NCBI GenBank assembly: GCA_026982375.1
Contig: JALSHF010000154.1
Span: 1 to 56,485, forward strand
Direction of reading: 5' to 3'
Source: Emcibacter sp.
Lineage (GTDB): Bacteria; Pseudomonadota; Alphaproteobacteria; Sphingomonadales; Emcibacteraceae
DNA: 56,485 bases
Shown: piece after piece, positions 19,464-28,547 of the stretch
How the letters are laid out: each line of letters opens with the position of its first letter
How positions within the stretch are numbered: the stretch's first letter is position 1
Translations under genes and position numbers: made by a program
The notes under the pieces: generated by a model
Database searches by the model: none
What the model saw: only the letters and a program-made list of their open reading frames with translations
Told to the model about the DNA's origin: nothing

Positions 19464-21158
19464 TCAGGCGGTCTTTATTTCCTGAAGGCCCAATTCTTTG
19501 ATCATTTGATCGCGCATGACAAATTTCTGAATTTTCCCCGTAACCGTCATGGGGAACTCATCCACAAAACGAACATAACGGGGAATTTTATAATGGGCAA
19601 TCTGGTTTTTACAAAAATCGCGCATATCTTCTGCCGTTGACGTCTCCCCGGGTTTCAGGCAAATCCAGATACAAAGCTCTTCGCCGTATTTCTCATCGGG
19701 CAGGCCAAACACCTGTGCGTCCTGAATTTTCGGATGGCGATAAAAATATTCCTCAACTTCGCGCGGATAAACATTCTCGCCGCCCCGGATCACCATATCC
19801 TTGACCCGCCCCACGATATTACCGTAGCCATCCTCATCCAGAGTTGCCAAATCGCCTGTGTGCATCCAGCCATCCTCATCAATGGTTTCTGCCGTGCGTT
19901 CCGCATCTGCCCAATAGCCCTTCATGACGCTGTAGCCTCTGGTGCATAGCTCACCCTTGACGCCGCGCGCCGTCATATGGCCCTTCTCATCAATGATTTT
20001 AACCTCCACATGGGGATGAATGCGGCCCACGGTGGATACCCGTTTTTCAAGGGGGTCGGTGATGCTGCTTTGAAAGCTGACCGGGCTGGTTTCCGTCATG
20101 CCATACGCAATGGTGACTTCCGTCATATTCATTTCAGAGACAACCCTTTTCATCACCTCGATCGGGCAGGATGATCCCGCCATAATGCCGGTTCTTAATG
20201 TCCCAAGGTCAAATCTGTCAAAATCAGGCAGCTCCAGTTCCGCGATGAACATTGTCGGCACCCCGTGAAGGGCCGTGCATTTTTCCTGTTCGATCGCCGC
20301 AAGCGTTTGCGCCGGGTCAAAAGCTTCGCCCGGGAAAACCATGCAGGCCCCGTGGGTCACGCATGTCAGGCTGCCCATCACCATACCAAAACAATGATAG
20401 AGCGGCACCGGAATACATAAGCGGTCCTGCGGTGTGAAATTCATCGCCCGCCCGACAAAATATCCATTATTCAGAATATTATGATGGGTCAATGTGGCCC
20501 CCTTGGGCGCGCCCGTTGTGCCGCTGGTAAACTGGATATTAATCGCATCTTGCGGCTTAAGGCTGGTTTGTATTATTTTAAGCTTGCTGTATGAATCCTC
20601 CCCCGCGCGCGACATAATCTCATCAAAATTATAAAAGCCTGCTGTTTTGTCACTGCCAAGCCGGATCAGGGTTTTTAGAAAAGGCAGCTTTTCTGACATT
20701 AATTGCCCCGGCGCTGATCCGGCCAGTTCCGGGGCCAATTCTTCCAACATCGCGATATAGGCACTGGTCTTGAAGCTTTCTGCCGTGATCAGAGCCTTGC
20801 ATTCCACTTTATTCAAGGCATATTCCAACTCAGACAGGCGGTAAGCCGGATTGATATTCACTTGAATAAGGCCGGCTTTCGCTGTGGCATACTGCGTGAT
20901 AACCCATTGCGCACAATTGGGCGCCCATATGCCGACCCGGTCCCCGGGCTCAAGCCCCAAAGACAACAGGCCTGCCGCGCAAGCCTCTATTTTTTCAGCA
21001 AGCCCTGCATAGGTCCAGCGTATATCCTGATCACATACCACCAGAGCTTCCCGGTCAGCGTATTTTACCGCAGCCTGATCAAACATATCGCCGATCGTCT
21101 GAAATATCAGCGCGGGCTCTTCATCGCCCTTCACATAACTCTGTAACTGTGAATTCAT
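19464..21158 (-). CDS. AMP-forming acyl-CoA synthetase (ACSF2-like, medium-chain/branched)
   Basis: [38 protein letters not shown] and TVTGKIQKF. Confidence 0.9.
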   Translation of the reverse strand: MNSQLQSYVKGDEEPALIFQTIGDMFDQAAVKYADREALVVCDQDIRWTYAGLAEKIEACAAGLLSLGLEPGDRVGIWAPNCAQWVITQYATAKAGLIQVNINPAYRLSELEYALNKVECKALITAESFKTSAYIAMLEELAPELAGSAPGQLMSEKLPFLKTLIRLGSDKTAGFYNFDEIMSRAGEDSYSKLKIIQTSLKPQDAINIQFTSGTTGAPKGATLTHHNILNNGYFVGRAMNFTPQDRLCIPVPLYHCFGMVMGSLTCVTHGACMVFPGEAFDPAQTLAAIEQEKCTALHGVPTMFIAELELPDFDRFDLGTLRTGIMAGSSCPIEVMKRVVSEMNMTEVTIAYGMTETSPVSFQSSITDPLEKRVSTVGRIHPHVEVKIIDEKGHMTARGVKGELCTRGYSVMKGYWADAERTAETIDEDGWMHTGDLATLDEDGYGNIVGRVKDMVIRGGENVYPREVEEYFYRHPKIQDAQVFGLPDEKYGEELCIWICLKPGETSTAEDMRDFCKNQIAHYKIPRYVRFVDEFPMTVTGKIQKFVMRDQMIKELGLQEIKTA

Positions 21159-21200
21159 TTTTATCCTTTAAAATACTGCACCCGTAAAATACTGGCCCCA

Positions 21201-21227
21201 TAAAACAGCGGCATAGGGGCTGTTTTA
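21201..21227 (-). terminator. Weak stem-loop at the end of qhpB
   Basis: TAAAACAGC-N9-GCTGTTTTA inverted repeat overlapping the qhpB stop codon. Confidence 0.4.
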
Positions 21228-22364
21228 CTTCAATGTTTCTCTCTGGACCATGCGCAGGGATGCCGTGCTTTGATCGCCGCAGCCTTTGGGAAGGAAAATC
21301 TGGCCAATTTTCTTCAGGCTTTCCGGATCATAGGTTGCCACATCACAGGCGGCCCCGCCCACATAAACCTGACTGCCGTCCCCGGCTATATTCACCGCAT
21401 AATAGGTATGATCCTGATCTATGCGGCCGATGAGTGTGTTGCTGTCCAGGTCAATCTTGCTGAGCTGGGTATAGGTGCCAAAAGCATGTTTGCCATTTGG
21501 GCTGATCACGGTCGAGAAAATCAAGACCGAGGTATCCTCGAAATCATTGATCTCATATTTCCCCGACTCCAGATCCAATGTCAAAAGGCCCGTCTTATAG
21601 GCCGCCGGATCATCCGCCGCCAGATCCGTTTTTACGGAAAATACCGGTGTTGAGAATATGTCTGTCTGATCCCACAGGGGCCAGAAATCAAGCACATCCG
21701 GTAAAGAACGATTTTCCAGCGTCCAATTGCGAAGCGGCAGGGTTTCAACGATCTCACCCGTTTGGGGGTTCATTTTATAAATATCAAAGCCCATGGCATA
21801 GAGCCAGTTATCATCCGTTGATTTCATAAGCATGTGAATGCGGCGCGGGGCCTCAAATGTGCGGATAGGACGGGCATTCAGGCCGGATGATGTATCATAA
21901 ACCGCGATGCGTGTGGGCAACTGCTTATATTCCGATGACAGGATTTCTGTTGAAAGCTGATAGACATAAAGCTCCCGTCCATCCCGGCTCACATCAAAGG
22001 CGAAAAAGCCCTGACGCCGAATGTTGCCTTCGATAAAATCCGCCCGGAAAAGCTGCTCCCCCGTGTCAATATCCAATCCAACCAGAGATTTCATACGATT
22101 GGTCATGATATAAACGACCTTGCCGTCCGGTGACGGGGCCATGGAAAATATCGTCCTGCCGGCATTGGGGACTTCGTGGCTGCGCACGACTTTCTGTTTT
22201 TTCATGTCCAGAATATGAATATAGCCGGGCTTGGTGCCGGTAATAAGATATTCCGTTGTTTTTTCCTGAGTTTCTGCTGCCTGCGCTTCTGTCTGGGCCG
22301 CCTGTAATAATAAAGCCTGTGATAATAAAAAGGCGCTTGCCAGAATAATCCCTGTTTTACCCAT
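21225..22364 (-). CDS. qhpB: Quinohemoprotein amine dehydrogenase beta subunit (beta-propeller)
   Basis: Signal peptide; SPDGK, PLRNW, PDVL, HTYYAVN and GDQS…R motifs; last gene of qhpADCB. Confidence 0.92.
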   Translation of the reverse strand: MGKTGIILASAFLLSQALLLQAAQTEAQAAETQEKTTEYLITGTKPGYIHILDMKKQKVVRSHEVPNAGRTIFSMAPSPDGKVVYIMTNRMKSLVGLDIDTGEQLFRADFIEGNIRRQGFFAFDVSRDGRELYVYQLSTEILSSEYKQLPTRIAVYDTSSGLNARPIRTFEAPRRIHMLMKSTDDNWLYAMGFDIYKMNPQTGEIVETLPLRNWTLENRSLPDVLDFWPLWDQTDIFSTPVFSVKTDLAADDPAAYKTGLLTLDLESGKYEINDFEDTSVLIFSTVISPNGKHAFGTYTQLSKIDLDSNTLIGRIDQDHTYYAVNIAGDGSQVYVGGAACDVATYDPESLKKIGQIFLPKGCGDQSTASLRMVQRETLK

Positions 22365-22424
22365 TATATTTCCTGCCTGTATATTTCCTGAGTGTATATT
22401 TCCTACCTGTATATTTTCTAAATG
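22365..22424. repeat. 4 x 15-bp imperfect tandem repeat filling the qhpC-qhpB spacer
   Basis: TATATTTCCTGCCTG / TATATTTCCTGAGTG / TATATTTCCTACCTG / TATATTTTCTAAATG. Confidence 0.9.
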
Positions 22425-22426
22425 TT

Positions 22427-22759
22427 TTAACGCTTGGGGAACACATTATTCAATTGGCGCCAGTCTGCGCCCGCATTGGGCTTATCCATATCCCAATCGG
22501 GATAGCTGTTCATAACATCCGGCACCTGCGCCGGCCACCAGCAGGGATCAGAGCAGCCGTAAAGATCCGCCTCCATAGGCTGACAAAGCGCCGCGATCCC
22601 GCCAAAGGCGTCCACTTCCCATCCGGGGTCCATGGTGGAGGCGCAGCCCGCCACGGTCTGCATGGCGACGACTTCCATTTTTGCCCCATCGCCAGATGAG
22701 GAAAATGAGGCGCGGTTCAGGGCCTGCGCCTTTAAATTCATCGGCTTTAAATATTTCAC
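22427..22759 (-). CDS. qhpC: Quinohemoprotein amine dehydrogenase gamma subunit (CTQ precursor peptide)
   Basis: GC…DPGWEVD…LCQPMEADLYGCSDPCWWPAQVPD; 32-aa leader ending EVVA; GTG start overlapping the qhpD stop. Confidence 0.97.
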   Translation of the reverse strand: MKYLKPMNLKAQALNRASFSSSGDGAKMEVVAMQTVAGCASTMDPGWEVDAFGGIAALCQPMEADLYGCSDPCWWPAQVPDVMNSYPDWDMDKPNAGADWRQLNNVFPKR

Positions 22760-24246
22760 CGGTTTTCTCCCATATCAAGAGGATTAAACGTACGATTGGT
22801 ATTCAGCAACGTGCGCGGGCTGACATGCCGTTCAAAATAGCTGGGGTTTTCCTGTAATATCCGGGTGTAAACACTGATGCCAAAATCAATCCAGTCCCGC
22901 ATAAGGTCACAATAATGATAGGTCGGTTTATTGATATCATCATAAGTGGCGTAGGATTCATGATAGCAGCCGCCCGAGCAAAGATTTCTGATCCGGCAAG
23001 TATCGCACCACGTGCCGTCCCGATCTGCGCGGCCTTCCAGAAACGCGCCGAGTTCTTGCTTTTTGATGCCCGTATCGACAGAGCCATAGGTATCAATATC
23101 CGATCCGGTAAAGCGATGGCAAAGATTTAAGTCCCCCTTGTGATCCACCGCCAACAGCCCGATCCCCGCCCCGCAGGGCAGCGATTTTTTGGTGCCTTCA
23201 TAAAGGTCTGTCATCATTTGGTGCATATTGGAAAAACCGTTATTGCGGCCCACCAGAGCTTCGCTCAAATAATGCTGGCCCAGCTTTTTCATATTCTGGA
23301 ATACCTCATGCAATTCTTCATTACTGAGGTTAAAGAGAGAAATATCGCCGGACGTTACAGGGGCGAAACCAACTTCGGCGAAGCCGAGGTCATATTTTAA
23401 ATGATCATGAATGCCGACAACATCAGTCACCCCCGCCGTTAAGGTCACACGCGCGCCGACGGGCCGCGCCGTATAGCGCGCCAGCAGCATTTTAGCCTTC
23501 CGGGAAACAACATCATAGGTGCCCTTGCCGCCAATGGTTTTGCGGTTTTTATCATGAACGGCCTTTGGCCCATCCATACTGATGGCAATGCCAAATTTAT
23601 GATCATTGAGATAATCGACTATTTTTTCTGTCAAAAGCGTGGCATTGGTGGTCAGGGAAAAATCAACCTTTTTACCAAGTTCGCCGCAGCGCATCTCGGC
23701 ATATTCCACCGCGCTTTTGATCAGGGGCATATTGCTCAATGGCTCGCCGCCAAAAAAAACCACATTGACGCGGTCGCGGCTGGCCCCTTCATCAAGCAGG
23801 AGGTCAATAGATTTTTTCGCCGTATCAAAGCCCATCAATTCCCCTTTGGACGGGCTGGTCAGGTCTTCTTTATAACAATAGGTGCAGCCCAGATTACAGC
23901 CCGTATTCACATTTAGAATAATCGTGCTGAGCGGATAATTCTCGATTTTTATTTTCTGGTAATCTGGCCGATCCGGTAACTGGGTCGGCCCGTCACCTTT
24001 GATGATGTCCATTTCCAGAAAATCTTCCACCACGCCCAAAATTTCTTCCGGCGAATAGCGGCCTTTAAATCGCGCCTCCACATCGGCCTGGCTGACCATT
24101 TTTTTTTCCTTGAACAGGTCAAGCACAGCACCCGACACCCCGTCCAGATCAAACAGGGATGTGGTCGGGATGTGAAATAAAATCCGCGTATCCCCCACCG
24201 TAACGTCATGGGCATTTTGCGCGATATAATGTAGTCCTGTTGTCAT
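22756..24246 (-). CDS. qhpD: Radical SAM/SPASM thioether-forming maturase of QhpC
   Basis: CNLGCTYC, FFGGEPL and a SPASM Cys array (CGAG…LCHRF…CDTC…CSGGC…C). Start placed at MTTGLHY after RBS AGGA. Confidence 0.95.
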   Translation of the reverse strand: MTTGLHYIAQNAHDVTVGDTRILFHIPTTSLFDLDGVSGAVLDLFKEKKMVSQADVEARFKGRYSPEEILGVVEDFLEMDIIKGDGPTQLPDRPDYQKIKIENYPLSTIILNVNTGCNLGCTYCYKEDLTSPSKGELMGFDTAKKSIDLLLDEGASRDRVNVVFFGGEPLSNMPLIKSAVEYAEMRCGELGKKVDFSLTTNATLLTEKIVDYLNDHKFGIAISMDGPKAVHDKNRKTIGGKGTYDVVSRKAKMLLARYTARPVGARVTLTAGVTDVVGIHDHLKYDLGFAEVGFAPVTSGDISLFNLSNEELHEVFQNMKKLGQHYLSEALVGRNNGFSNMHQMMTDLYEGTKKSLPCGAGIGLLAVDHKGDLNLCHRFTGSDIDTYGSVDTGIKKQELGAFLEGRADRDGTWCDTCRIRNLCSGGCYHESYATYDDINKPTYHYCDLMRDWIDFGISVYTRILQENPSYFERHVSPRTLLNTNRTFNPLDMGENR

Positions 24247-24259
24247 ATATATTTCCTGC

Positions 24260-25852
24260 TTACCTAATTGGCGGTAAATTCCAGCGTTGCACGGTGACAA
24301 TCAACTGGGCCTTGCCCGAAACCTGATGGTCGCCGTCTTTGACCCGGCCAATGATTGTCAGATTTCCTGCGTTATTGGTCGAATATTTGCGGTCCGGATT
24401 TGGCCCGGCGGCGGCGGGCATAAATCGGCCGGATTGATCAATACGGCCGGCAAAATCCACATCCTTCATTTGCTCGGCATCCGCATTAAAGGGCGCAACC
24501 AGCCAAAGAGCCGGCATAATTCCGATCTTAATATCGCCGTCCTTGCCCTTCATATATGCGGTGGCCTCAAATTGCGCGGAAACCGGCGGGGTGTTGCCGC
24601 CGCCGAGCCGCGCGATCGTCCATTCCGGCATGATTTTCACCCTGTCTATCTTATCATACACGACAATGGCCGTTTCCGCTTGCCCCACAGTGACCCTGTA
24701 AGAACCGGGGGCAATATTCCTGCCCGCCGTGATCTGCAGGGTGACACTATTGCTGTCTTGATGGACAATTGACAGCCCAAGCCCTTTATCTGCACTGGCT
24801 TTTCCTGTTAAGCCCGTGCCGTGGAGAATGATCTGCTTTGTCTCCCCCTGCCGCAGATAGTCCGAAGATTGTGTTAAAACCTGCGTTTCCGCGCCGTCCA
24901 TGCGCACGGCCTGAAATTCACCGCCAATATCATAATATATCGCATCATGCCACCGGCCTGTCATGCGATTTCCATCTTCAGACAGGGCATAAACTTCGCG
25001 GGTTTCCGTGCCGTTTAAAATACCGGAGCCGCGCCACTCATACCCCGTATAGATCACAGACTTGCTGTTCCCTGTTATAGATTTCCCCTTTTGGCCCATA
25101 TCATTCAGGTCATATTCCGCTTTATAAAAATCGCCGTCCCGCGAAACTATCATTATACCTTCATAGCCGCCCTGCCCCGGGCGATGGCCCGTCACGCGCC
25201 ACAGACCAACCGGACTTTTATAGGCGGCGGCCTTCCACTGATCCCAATCCGCATTTTGAAAAGGATAAAGCTCGGCCAGCTCCTTGTAGGTTTTACTGGT
25301 CACCTCCTGCCACCAGAAACGATCCCGCGCACGGGCCTGATATTCAAGCGACGGATATTGGCCCACATGAAAATGCATATGTTTCAGCCAATCTTCCGCT
25401 GTGCGGCGCTGAAGGCCGTAACGGGCATTGGTATGACAGCGCCCGCATAAGGCATCCAGATCATCATTGGGGGCCGTATCAACAAAATGCGCCCGCTGTT
25501 CGAGCACGTAACGGAACGGCGCGGATTCTTTGGGCGACAGACCATTTTCTGCGGATAAATATTTGATAATGGCAAATCGGTCATCGCTGTCAACCGCAAG
25601 CCCATGAAGATGCTCCATACGAAAAATGGTCATGTCCCAGCCTTCCGGCGTTTTACGCACGTCAGATATGCGGGTAAGGCCCCCTTTATCCGTCTGTTCG
25701 TGACAGGCGGCGCAATAATCATTAACCAACGCCTTGCCTTTAAAATCACCGGTAGAATCATTGGCCGAAACAGATGTTAAAACGGCTGATAAAATAAACA
25801 ATGTTAACCCTGATACAAAGAGGCCCCTTTTTCCAGACATGGTTTTTCCCAT
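24260..25852 (-). CDS. qhpA: Quinohemoprotein amine dehydrogenase alpha subunit (di-heme c)
   Basis: Signal peptide; two CxxCH motifs (CAACH, CGRCH); RKTPEGWDMTI.RM, YTGYEWRG, AGPNP.R…NNAG.L and VTVQRW…PPIR. Confidence 0.96.
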   Translation of the reverse strand: MGKTMSGKRGLFVSGLTLFILSAVLTSVSANDSTGDFKGKALVNDYCAACHEQTDKGGLTRISDVRKTPEGWDMTIFRMEHLHGLAVDSDDRFAIIKYLSAENGLSPKESAPFRYVLEQRAHFVDTAPNDDLDALCGRCHTNARYGLQRRTAEDWLKHMHFHVGQYPSLEYQARARDRFWWQEVTSKTYKELAELYPFQNADWDQWKAAAYKSPVGLWRVTGHRPGQGGYEGIMIVSRDGDFYKAEYDLNDMGQKGKSITGNSKSVIYTGYEWRGSGILNGTETREVYALSEDGNRMTGRWHDAIYYDIGGEFQAVRMDGAETQVLTQSSDYLRQGETKQIILHGTGLTGKASADKGLGLSIVHQDSNSVTLQITAGRNIAPGSYRVTVGQAETAIVVYDKIDRVKIMPEWTIARLGGGNTPPVSAQFEATAYMKGKDGDIKIGIMPALWLVAPFNADAEQMKDVDFAGRIDQSGRFMPAAAGPNPDRKYSTNNAGNLTIIGRVKDGDHQVSGKAQLIVTVQRWNLPPIR

Positions 25853-25885
25853 ATTTAATCGTGCTATTTGATATGACTATTGAAG

Positions 25886-25921
25886 AAGGCAGCCTTCCTG
25901 TCAAAGTAAAAAGGCTGCCTT
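25886..25921 (-). terminator. Intercistronic 11-bp stem-loop between the TBDR gene and qhpA
   Basis: AAGGCAGCCTT-N14-AAGGCTGCCTT perfect inverted repeat with only a weak U tail. Confidence 0.6.
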
Positions 25922-25930
25922 GCTTAAATT

Positions 25931-28258
25931 TTAGAAGTTATAGGTGGCATTCACGCCCCATGTGCGGGGCTGCCCGTAATATTGCTCAACCATGCCAAAC
26001 AAGCCGCCATTCGCCACCGTGCCTGACAGGTCAAATGTCTGAACCAGATATTCGGTATCCGTGATATTTTTCACAAATAACCGCAGGCTCCAGTCCTGAT
26101 CTTCGGGCAGATATGTAATCGATGCGTTACCAACAAAATAGCCGTCTTCGGTCAAGGCATTTGTACTGAGCAGGCCAAAAGTATGCGCGCCGCGATATTG
26201 ACCATCAACCTGCACCGCAACCGCGCCGGACGCAACCTTGAACTCATGACGCAGCAATCCGTTAAAATTCCATTTTGGTGTCTGTACCGGACGCAATGTC
26301 GCCCCCGGCAAGATCGCCGCGACCGTCCCCGCAGGGGTTGCGATATCAATGGTGATGCCCGGAACATTTGTCACATCAGCATCAATATAGGCAATGCCAA
26401 ATTGTACGTCCATGCCATCTGCCGGATTAAGCTGTAATTCCAGTTCAAAGCCTTTGTTTTTTGAATCCGCATTCAGGGTAAAGGTGTCCAGACCAATAAT
26501 GGCAAAAGCCTGATAATCATTATAGTCGTAATAATAGGCCGCCCCATTCAAGCGGGCCTTCCCATCGGCAAAATCCCACTTAAACCCAACCTCGAAGGCA
26601 TCAAGCGTTTCCGGGGAATATTTCATAAACGCATCGGTCACATAAATATCCGTCGGCAATAACGGCGCATTAAATCCGCCGGACTTCACACCCCTGTTCC
26701 AACTGGCATAAAACAGCGCATCATCACTGGGGCGATAATTTGCCTGAAGCCTTGCAGACCAGTTTTTATCATGGCGCGCACCGGTATAGGGCGGCAAGGC
26801 ATCGCCAATTTCAACCGCATTGGGATCAATCCCGTTGACCGAGGTATCCGGATATAAATAGAGCACATCGCGGTAAAAATGATCTTTCTTTTCATCAATA
26901 TAACGGAAGCCCGCGATCAAGCTCACCTGTTCATTCAGCGCATATTCAACCTGTCCGAACAAAGACCATGTTTTCACATTTGTTTGATACGGGTTTCTAA
27001 TGCCGTTAAAGCCAAGAACTTCAATCGGGCCAAACAAAGCCTCAAACAGGCCCGGCATAATGCCGCCGTTGGTATCATCAATATCAAGATCCATATAATA
27101 AAAGCCTGTCACCCATTTCATTTTTTCCGTCTCGCCGGACAGACGAAGCTCTTGCGAAAATTGCTTGGCGTCCGTGGTCAGAAAGAAATTAAAATATTTA
27201 AACGGTGAGGCGTCTGAATCCTCAATATAATTGCGGTTTACCGACTGGTAATCGGTAATGCTGGTCAGCTCCATACCATCCAGGGCCCATTTCAAGCTGC
27301 CGGTAAAGCCATAGGTTTTCAGCTTGTTGCGGCCCGGTGAATCGTAATCTCCGGCAAAAACATCGCCGTCATTATCAAGATAATTATCCAGATTGGTGAT
27401 GGGCACAGTTGGCGTCAATATGCCATCGGGGTTTTCCGCTGACACATTCTCGAAAAACCCTGTACGGATATCTTGCTGGCCGAAACGGGCATTCAAAAGA
27501 ATTTCAACATCTTCATTTGGTGTGAATAGCGCTTGCAGGCGGCCGGCGGTTTCATTGGCATTATTCAGTTTTGCCTCCGGTTGAAGACGATTGGTTACAT
27601 AGCCGTCCCCCTGATGGGTGGCGACAGAAGCCCGCATGGTCAGTTTTTCATTCAGGGGCAGATTAACCGCCCCCTGCATTTTAATCCGATCAAAACTGCC
27701 ATAGCTGATGCTGCCATATCCGCCGAATTCCGGCCCCGGCTTTGTGGTCACATAATGGACAAGGCCGCCCGTGGCATTCCGGCCAAACAAGGTGCCTTGG
27801 GGGCCGCGCAAAATTTCAACCCGCTCAATATCAAACAGCATGAACCCCGCGCCGGACATTTGAGAGATATAAACCTCATCCACATAAACCGCGACCGGGC
27901 TTTCCACATTGGTGGTAAAATCATTATTGGCCACACCGCGAATGCCAATGGAATAATTGGCCTCGCCGTTGGGCTGCAAAGTGCTGACCCCCGGGGCCAT
28001 GGCGGTGACCTCCTGCGCATTGGTATAGCCCATGGCCGCCAGCTGTTCGCGGGAAAAGGCTGAGATGGAGATCCCCACATCCTGCGCCGACTGGGCGCGT
28101 TTTTGCGCGGTCACGACAACCTCCTCCATCAACATTTGTGCCGATGCGGTTTGGACAATGGCGGTGGTGGTTAACAATGCGGCGCCGGCAAGCAGGCTTG
28201 CCGCCCGCCCCGAGACCAGATTTTTCCCCAAGACTAGTTTTTTTATGCGATTGTTCAT
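25931..28258 (-). CDS. TonB-dependent outer-membrane receptor
   Basis: Signal peptide; TonB box EEVVVTAQKR; plug DIERVEILRGPQGTLFGRNATGG; C-terminal PRTWGVNATYNF. Start placed at MNNRIKK after AGGGAG. Confidence 0.95.
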   Translation of the reverse strand: MNNRIKKLVLGKNLVSGRAASLLAGAALLTTTAIVQTASAQMLMEEVVVTAQKRAQSAQDVGISISAFSREQLAAMGYTNAQEVTAMAPGVSTLQPNGEANYSIGIRGVANNDFTTNVESPVAVYVDEVYISQMSGAGFMLFDIERVEILRGPQGTLFGRNATGGLVHYVTTKPGPEFGGYGSISYGSFDRIKMQGAVNLPLNEKLTMRASVATHQGDGYVTNRLQPEAKLNNANETAGRLQALFTPNEDVEILLNARFGQQDIRTGFFENVSAENPDGILTPTVPITNLDNYLDNDGDVFAGDYDSPGRNKLKTYGFTGSLKWALDGMELTSITDYQSVNRNYIEDSDASPFKYFNFFLTTDAKQFSQELRLSGETEKMKWVTGFYYMDLDIDDTNGGIMPGLFEALFGPIEVLGFNGIRNPYQTNVKTWSLFGQVEYALNEQVSLIAGFRYIDEKKDHFYRDVLYLYPDTSVNGIDPNAVEIGDALPPYTGARHDKNWSARLQANYRPSDDALFYASWNRGVKSGGFNAPLLPTDIYVTDAFMKYSPETLDAFEVGFKWDFADGKARLNGAAYYYDYNDYQAFAIIGLDTFTLNADSKNKGFELELQLNPADGMDVQFGIAYIDADVTNVPGITIDIATPAGTVAAILPGATLRPVQTPKWNFNGLLRHEFKVASGAVAVQVDGQYRGAHTFGLLSTNALTEDGYFVGNASITYLPEDQDWSLRLFVKNITDTEYLVQTFDLSGTVANGGLFGMVEQYYGQPRTWGVNATYNF

Positions 28259-28295
28259 GTTTTTCTCCCTTAAGTATAATTTTCCCATAGTGCGT

Positions 28296-28476
28296 AGAAT
28301 AACTTTCCCTGCGCCAAAGGCCAACCTAGACAAAGGGCTATATCAATCGGGCCACCCGATACTAAAGTATCATTCCCCGCCACGGCTCCCTTACGAAACC
28401 GCATAAAAAATACGCAAAAGGGTTTTTTATTAATGCCAAGGTCTAACTTTTCTTACCCTTCGGCCCGTGCGATAAT
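28296..28476. promoter_or_regulatory. Divergent promoter region with three 5-N4-5 boxes (28327-28340, 28358-28371, 28432-28445)
   Basis: TAGAC-AAAG-GGCTA, GATAC-TAAA-GTATC and AATGC-CAAG-GTCTA. A GTCTA half-site lies 25 nt before a -10-like hexamer on each strand. Confidence 0.5.
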
Positions 28477-28480
28477 TTAA

Positions 28481-28530
28481 GCCATATTAAATTCATACCG
28501 GATATGCCATATTAAATTCATACAGGATAT
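28481..28530 (+). repeat. 2 x 25-bp direct repeat upstream of the aldehyde dehydrogenase RBS
   Basis: GCCATATTAAATTCATAC(C/A)GGATAT twice, 24/25 identical. Confidence 0.92.
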
Positions 28531-28547
28531 TTTGAGGAGCAAGAAAA

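Noticed and set aside
22365-22424. Possible mini-CRISPR array
   Set aside because: The units are 15 bp and abutting, with no spacers and no cas genes.
28259-28333. N-terminal extension of the TBDR ORF
   Set aside because: It runs through the predicted promoter; ATG 28258 has an RBS and gives a normal signal peptide.
28260-28547. Sigma-54 promoter for the qhp or ALDH genes
   Set aside because: No properly spaced TGGCAC-N5-TTGC was found on either strand, and there is no bEBP gene nearby.
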